From contig NC_042997.1 in assembly GCF_006345805.1 (NCBI RefSeq), forward strand, positions 211,482,001 through 211,546,000: a stretch of 64,000 nt of DNA, written 5' to 3'. The position numbers and the translations under genes were made by a program. Each line of letters opens with the position of its first letter. The stretch's first letter is position 1. The notes below the pieces were generated by a model. It was given only the letters and a program-made list of their open reading frames with translations, was not told the DNA's origin and made no database searches. This document shows positions 60,085 to 64,000 of the stretch, piece after piece. Source of the DNA: Octopus sinensis. Lineage: Eukaryota.

Positions 60085-61484
60085 TCATCATCATCATCAT
60101 CATCGTTTAACGTCCATTTTCCGCGCTAGCACGGGTTGGACGGTTTCGACCGGGGTCTGGGGAGCCAGGGGCTGCTCCAGGCTCCAGTCTGGTCTGGCAG
60201 TGTTTCTACAGCTGGATGCCCTTCCTAACGCCAACCACTCCGTGAGTGTAGTGGGTGCTTTTTACGTGCCACCTGCACAGGTGCCAGAGGGGTCTGGCAA
60301 CGGCCACGGTCGGTTGGTGCTTTTTATGTGCCACCTGCACAGAAGCCAGTCGGGGCGGTGCTGGCATCGGCCACGTTCGGATGGTGCTTTTTATGTGGGG
60401 GGGTGCAGAAATATAGGGGAGCACCAGCGGGGAGGGGTGTTCGGAGTGTTCATGTACTTGACTCAACAGGTCTCCTCAAGCACAGCGGGACGATCTGGGA
60501 TCCGGGGTACTTTGAATGGTCAGGGGCTATGCGGAACTGATGCAGGAAGCAGCCCGGGTCTTTGCAGTCACAGCATATCTCCAGAGATCTCGGTCCTTCG
60601 CCATTGCCTCGGTGAGGCCCAACGCTCTGAGGTCAAGCTTGACTGCCTCATCCCATGTCTTCCTGGGTCTACCTCTCCCCCTGATACCTTCAACTGTTTG
60701 GGAGTGGCACTTCTTCACACATCTCTCCTCATCCATCCGCAGCACATGACCATACCAGCGCAGACGTCGCTCTTGCACACCACATCTGATGCTTCTTATA
60801 TCCAGCATTTCTCTTAGGATGCTTACACTCTGTCGTGCGTGCACACTGACATTACACATCCAGCGGATCATGCTAGCTTCATTTCTTTCAAGTCTACACA
60901 TGTCCTCTGCAGTCATAGCCCATGTTTCATTACCGTGAAGCATGGCAGTTCGCACACATGCATCATACAGTCTACCTTTCGCTCTGAGGGAGAGACCCTT
61001 TTTCGCCAGTAGGGGTAGGAGCTTTCTGAACTTTGCCCAGGCTATTCGTATTCTAGTGGTGATACTCTCTGTGCATCCACCTCCGCTACTAACTTGGTCA
61101 CCCAGGTAGCGGAAACTATCAACTACTTCTAGTTTCTCTCCCTGGAGTGTGATGGAATCTGCTTTCTGAGTGTCTGTGGTGTCTATTGTCCCTGTGCATC
61201 TGCCGCACATGAAGGCTATCTTATCTGTTAATTTCCCTTTAATGTTGCTGCACCTCTTGTGCGTCCATAGCTTACATTGGGTGCATCTTATGGAGTTTCT
61301 ACCTGCACCTTTCCTACAGATTGAGCAGGGCCACCTACCCGAGGGGGTGTGTGCTGAGTACGCCTTGCTGCTTACTATTACTTTGGTCTTTGCTACATTT
61401 ACTCTAAGGCCCTTTGATTCTAACCCTTGCTTCCACACCCGAAATTTCTTTTCTAGTTCCGGTACTGATTCTGCTATGAGGGCC

Positions 61485-61487
<3 letters not shown>
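60085..61487 (-). mobile_element. Relatively young, 5'-truncated RTE LINE (303-aa open RT C-terminal frame 60527-61438, 3' UTR and (GAT)n tail)
   Basis: GLRVNVAKTKV...CSICRKG...CTQCKLWTHKRC...FRYLG...LHGNETW...RLRWYGHV...RGRPRKTW, truncated at a (TA)n tract. Confidence 0.92.
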
Positions 61488-61499
<12 letters not shown>

Positions 61500-61532
<33 letters not shown>

Positions 61533-62703
61533 CAAATTGAGATAGGGGTTGTAAATGCAACCCTCCATGGGATAACGTATATCTAATATACTGCTAGTGA
61601 AGTACCCAACAAAGTTAATACATAAATGTTAATGATTGCGATGCAATCAATTCATTTACTGTATTATATGGGCAAAGGTAAAATGATTTACCACAAATTA
61701 CTAATACAAGATAAGAAAATGGAGAAATACATCTAAATCAAATATCAATTACCAGAAAATACTCAATCACATACTTTATTAAACCACCACATCAGAGACT
61801 GTAAGGTTAAATATAAAAAGCAAAACAAATCAGTGTACATAAAGGAATGTACATTAAAAAGTGTACATAAAAGAGTAACGTTGTTTCATAAGTAGAATAT
61901 ATATAAAAGAGAATATAAATATAAGTAAATATATATATAAGTATAGATTACATCTTACAGCTGTTTCGGCCATGTAGATAAGTATGTCTCATTTTACCAA
62001 TATTAGCCCTTTATGGTTGGTCAATATATAGATATAAATGAGACATTTACAAAAATATCATAAGGCCTCTTCGGAGATTATGTAATATAACTCAGTCTAA
62101 ATATATACCCACATGGGTGTGGGTGTGTACCCACAATACAACATATACATATACATATGAGTGCATATACTCACACTCTTATACATATAAAAATATACAT
62201 TTACATAATGATATAAATAAATAATATAAATTAATAAACATATATATGTGTTCCACACTCAATGTGTCAGTTTTTCAACTTAATATTGTGATAATAAACA
62301 TACACAAATTAGTACCTAGATGCAAATATACATAGTCAATAGTACATTATATTACTTCATAATAATTTCTAAAGTGTCATTAAAGTTAGCATCATTATCG
62401 TTGTCAATACCATTAATGTTATCATTGTTATCATTCAAAATATTATTAATAACTCTTACATTATGATCCAGAGCGGAATATATGTATGTCCGTGTTCCAG
62501 TTAATAATTTTCCTTATATTTATATTCTCTTTTATATATATTCTACTTATTATACAACATTACTCTTTTATGTACACTTTTTTATGTACATTCCTTTATG
62601 TACACTGATTTGTTCTGCTTTTTATGTTTAACCCTACAGTCTCTTATGTGGTGGTTTAATAAAGCATGTGATTGAGTATTATCTGGTAATTGATATTTGA
62701 TTT
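61500..62703. mobile_element. Penelope-like element terminal relic: ~190-bp inverted repeats (61735-61925 / 62513-62703) enclosing a hammerhead-like motif
   Basis: The arms are reverse complements by eye. A hammerhead-like core lies at 61948-62085 (minus). 61510-61740 resembles 56480-56700. No PLE ORF seen. Confidence 0.55.
61948..62085 (-). ncRNA. Type I hammerhead-ribozyme-like motif (U4C variant, long stem II)
   Basis: ATCT-CCGAAGA-GGCC...GGCC-GAAAC-AGCT-GTA-AGAT gives stem I ATCT/AGAT, stem II GGCC/GGCC and a minimal palindromic stem III. Confidence 0.55.
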
Positions 62704-64000
62704 TGGGCAGGGAACACTGACGGGGTTGGTGGCGTGGGTATACTTATCGCTGAGAAATGGGTAGATAAAGTAATTGAGGTAATCAGAGTATGTGACAGAA
62801 TACTTAAGATTAGATTAGTGCTTCATCATAGTTTAGCAACCATTATATCAGCCTATGCTCCTCAGTCGGGGCTACCCGATGGACAGAAAGACTGATTCTA
62901 TGACACTCTACTGCAGACTACCTCGTTGACGAACGACAGAGACCTTATCTTTGTCGCTGGTGACTTCAATGGTCACGTTGGACGACATGCTGGGGGCTTC
63001 CATGGCGTACATGGAGGCTATGGCTATGGCTCCCGCAACGAGGAGGGAACCAGGCTGCTGGAGTTCTGCGATGCAAATAATCTTATGATTTGCAACACTA
63101 ACTTCAGGAAACCTACCAGCCACCTAGTCACTTACCGATCGGGCCAACATACCAGCCAAATTGACTACATCCTTGCAAGGCAAAGGGAGAGATGGCTGCT
63201 TATAAATGCCAAAACCTTCCCAGGTGAAGAATGTACCCCACAACATAGACTGGTAGTTAGTGACTTTAGGATCAGGACTAGGAGGACAACCAATATGGAG
63301 AAGAAGGATCTGGAAGCTTAAAGATCCTGCAAATGGACAGAGATTTAGGGACATATTACTTGAAGCCTCTGATGAAGTAGAAGGGGATAGAGCATCACAG
63401 GGGGTAGAAGACAGCTGGACGTTTCTAAGGGACAACCTGCTGAGAGCCACTGACCAGATCTGTGGCTGGTGCAAAGTCCCCTCTCGACCTAGAATAACGT
63501 GATGGTGGAACAATATTGTAGACAGGGCTATTAGAGAAAAGAGACAGGCTTGGAAGGTCTGGAAAAATGGGGGTAGCAGAGAATTGTATCAGACTGCCAA
63601 AAGAGAAGCTAGGAGACAGGTTTATTTAGCCAGAGGGGAAGCAGATAAGAAAAAATTTGCCAATGTTCAGCAAAAAGAGAGGTTTGGAGATGCCACTATG
63701 AAAGGTTGCTGAATAAAGAAAATGAATGGGATAAAGAGAGTCTGCCGAATGTTGACCCAACAGAGGGACCAGCTATCCGAGTTGATAGTTCCGTGGTAGC
63801 TAAGGCAATTAGAAGCATGAAGACAGGGAAAGCCCCAGGCCCATCAGGAATCACTGCAGAGATGCTCAAAATGTCTGGTAGTGTCGGCTATAGCCTAGTC
63901 ACCCGTATAGTTAATCAGGTGATACACAAAGGAGTCATACCCAATGACTGGTGTAGCAGCATAATAGTCAACTGCTACAAAGGTAAAGGTGACGCCCTAG
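62704..64000 (+). mobile_element. RTE LINE fragment (APE endonuclease and start of RT), runs off the window
   Basis: FVAGDFNGHVG..GVHGGYGYGSRNEEG.RLLEFC...TNF.K..HLVTY..QIDYIL...HRLVV, then GKAPGPSGITAEML near 63830. Confidence 0.9.

Noticed and set aside
1-64000. Prokaryotic defence system or horizontally acquired bacterial island (macro and ART domains also occur in such systems)
   Set aside because: The macro and ART coding segments are interrupted by canonical spliceosomal introns and embedded in metazoan retroposons. There is no operon-like ORF cluster anywhere in the window.

Overview
Repeat-saturated, AT-rich eukaryotic genomic DNA. The (ATT)n/(AT)n microsatellite load, the RTE/CR1/L1/R4-type LINEs and the tRNA-derived SINE families point to a coleoid cephalopod, most likely Octopus (inference from recalled repeat families, not a database hit). 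One host gene is supported: a + strand, intron-rich macrodomain + PARP (ART) gene of the PARP14/PARP15 type. The ORF track largely misses it because it is split into about 10 small GT-AG exons between 15459 and 57078. The exons splice in frame to about 442 aa if the ATG at 15481 is the start: one macrodomain, a basic linker, no visible WWE, and a catalytic H-Y-I triad predicting mono-ADP-ribosylation. Everything else is mobile or tandem DNA: tandem non-autonomous Helitrons, a full-length decayed mariner, a hAT MITE with a perfect 8-bp TSD, a BED-hAT transposase relic, a Tc1 fragment, a near full-length R4/Dong LINE in (TAA)n, many RTE, CR1 and L1/Tx1 fragments, SINEs, and Penelope-like relics with hammerhead-like motifs. 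The most distinctive observation is four intronic tandem arrays (166, 29, 56 and 26 bp units), each traceable to a retroposon segment present elsewhere in the window. The clearest is a 5.7 kb satellite grown out of an RTE 3' UTR. No prokaryotic system, CRISPR array, rRNA or genuine tRNA gene is supported. Repeat boundaries were read by eye and are approximate unless termini or TSDs are quoted.
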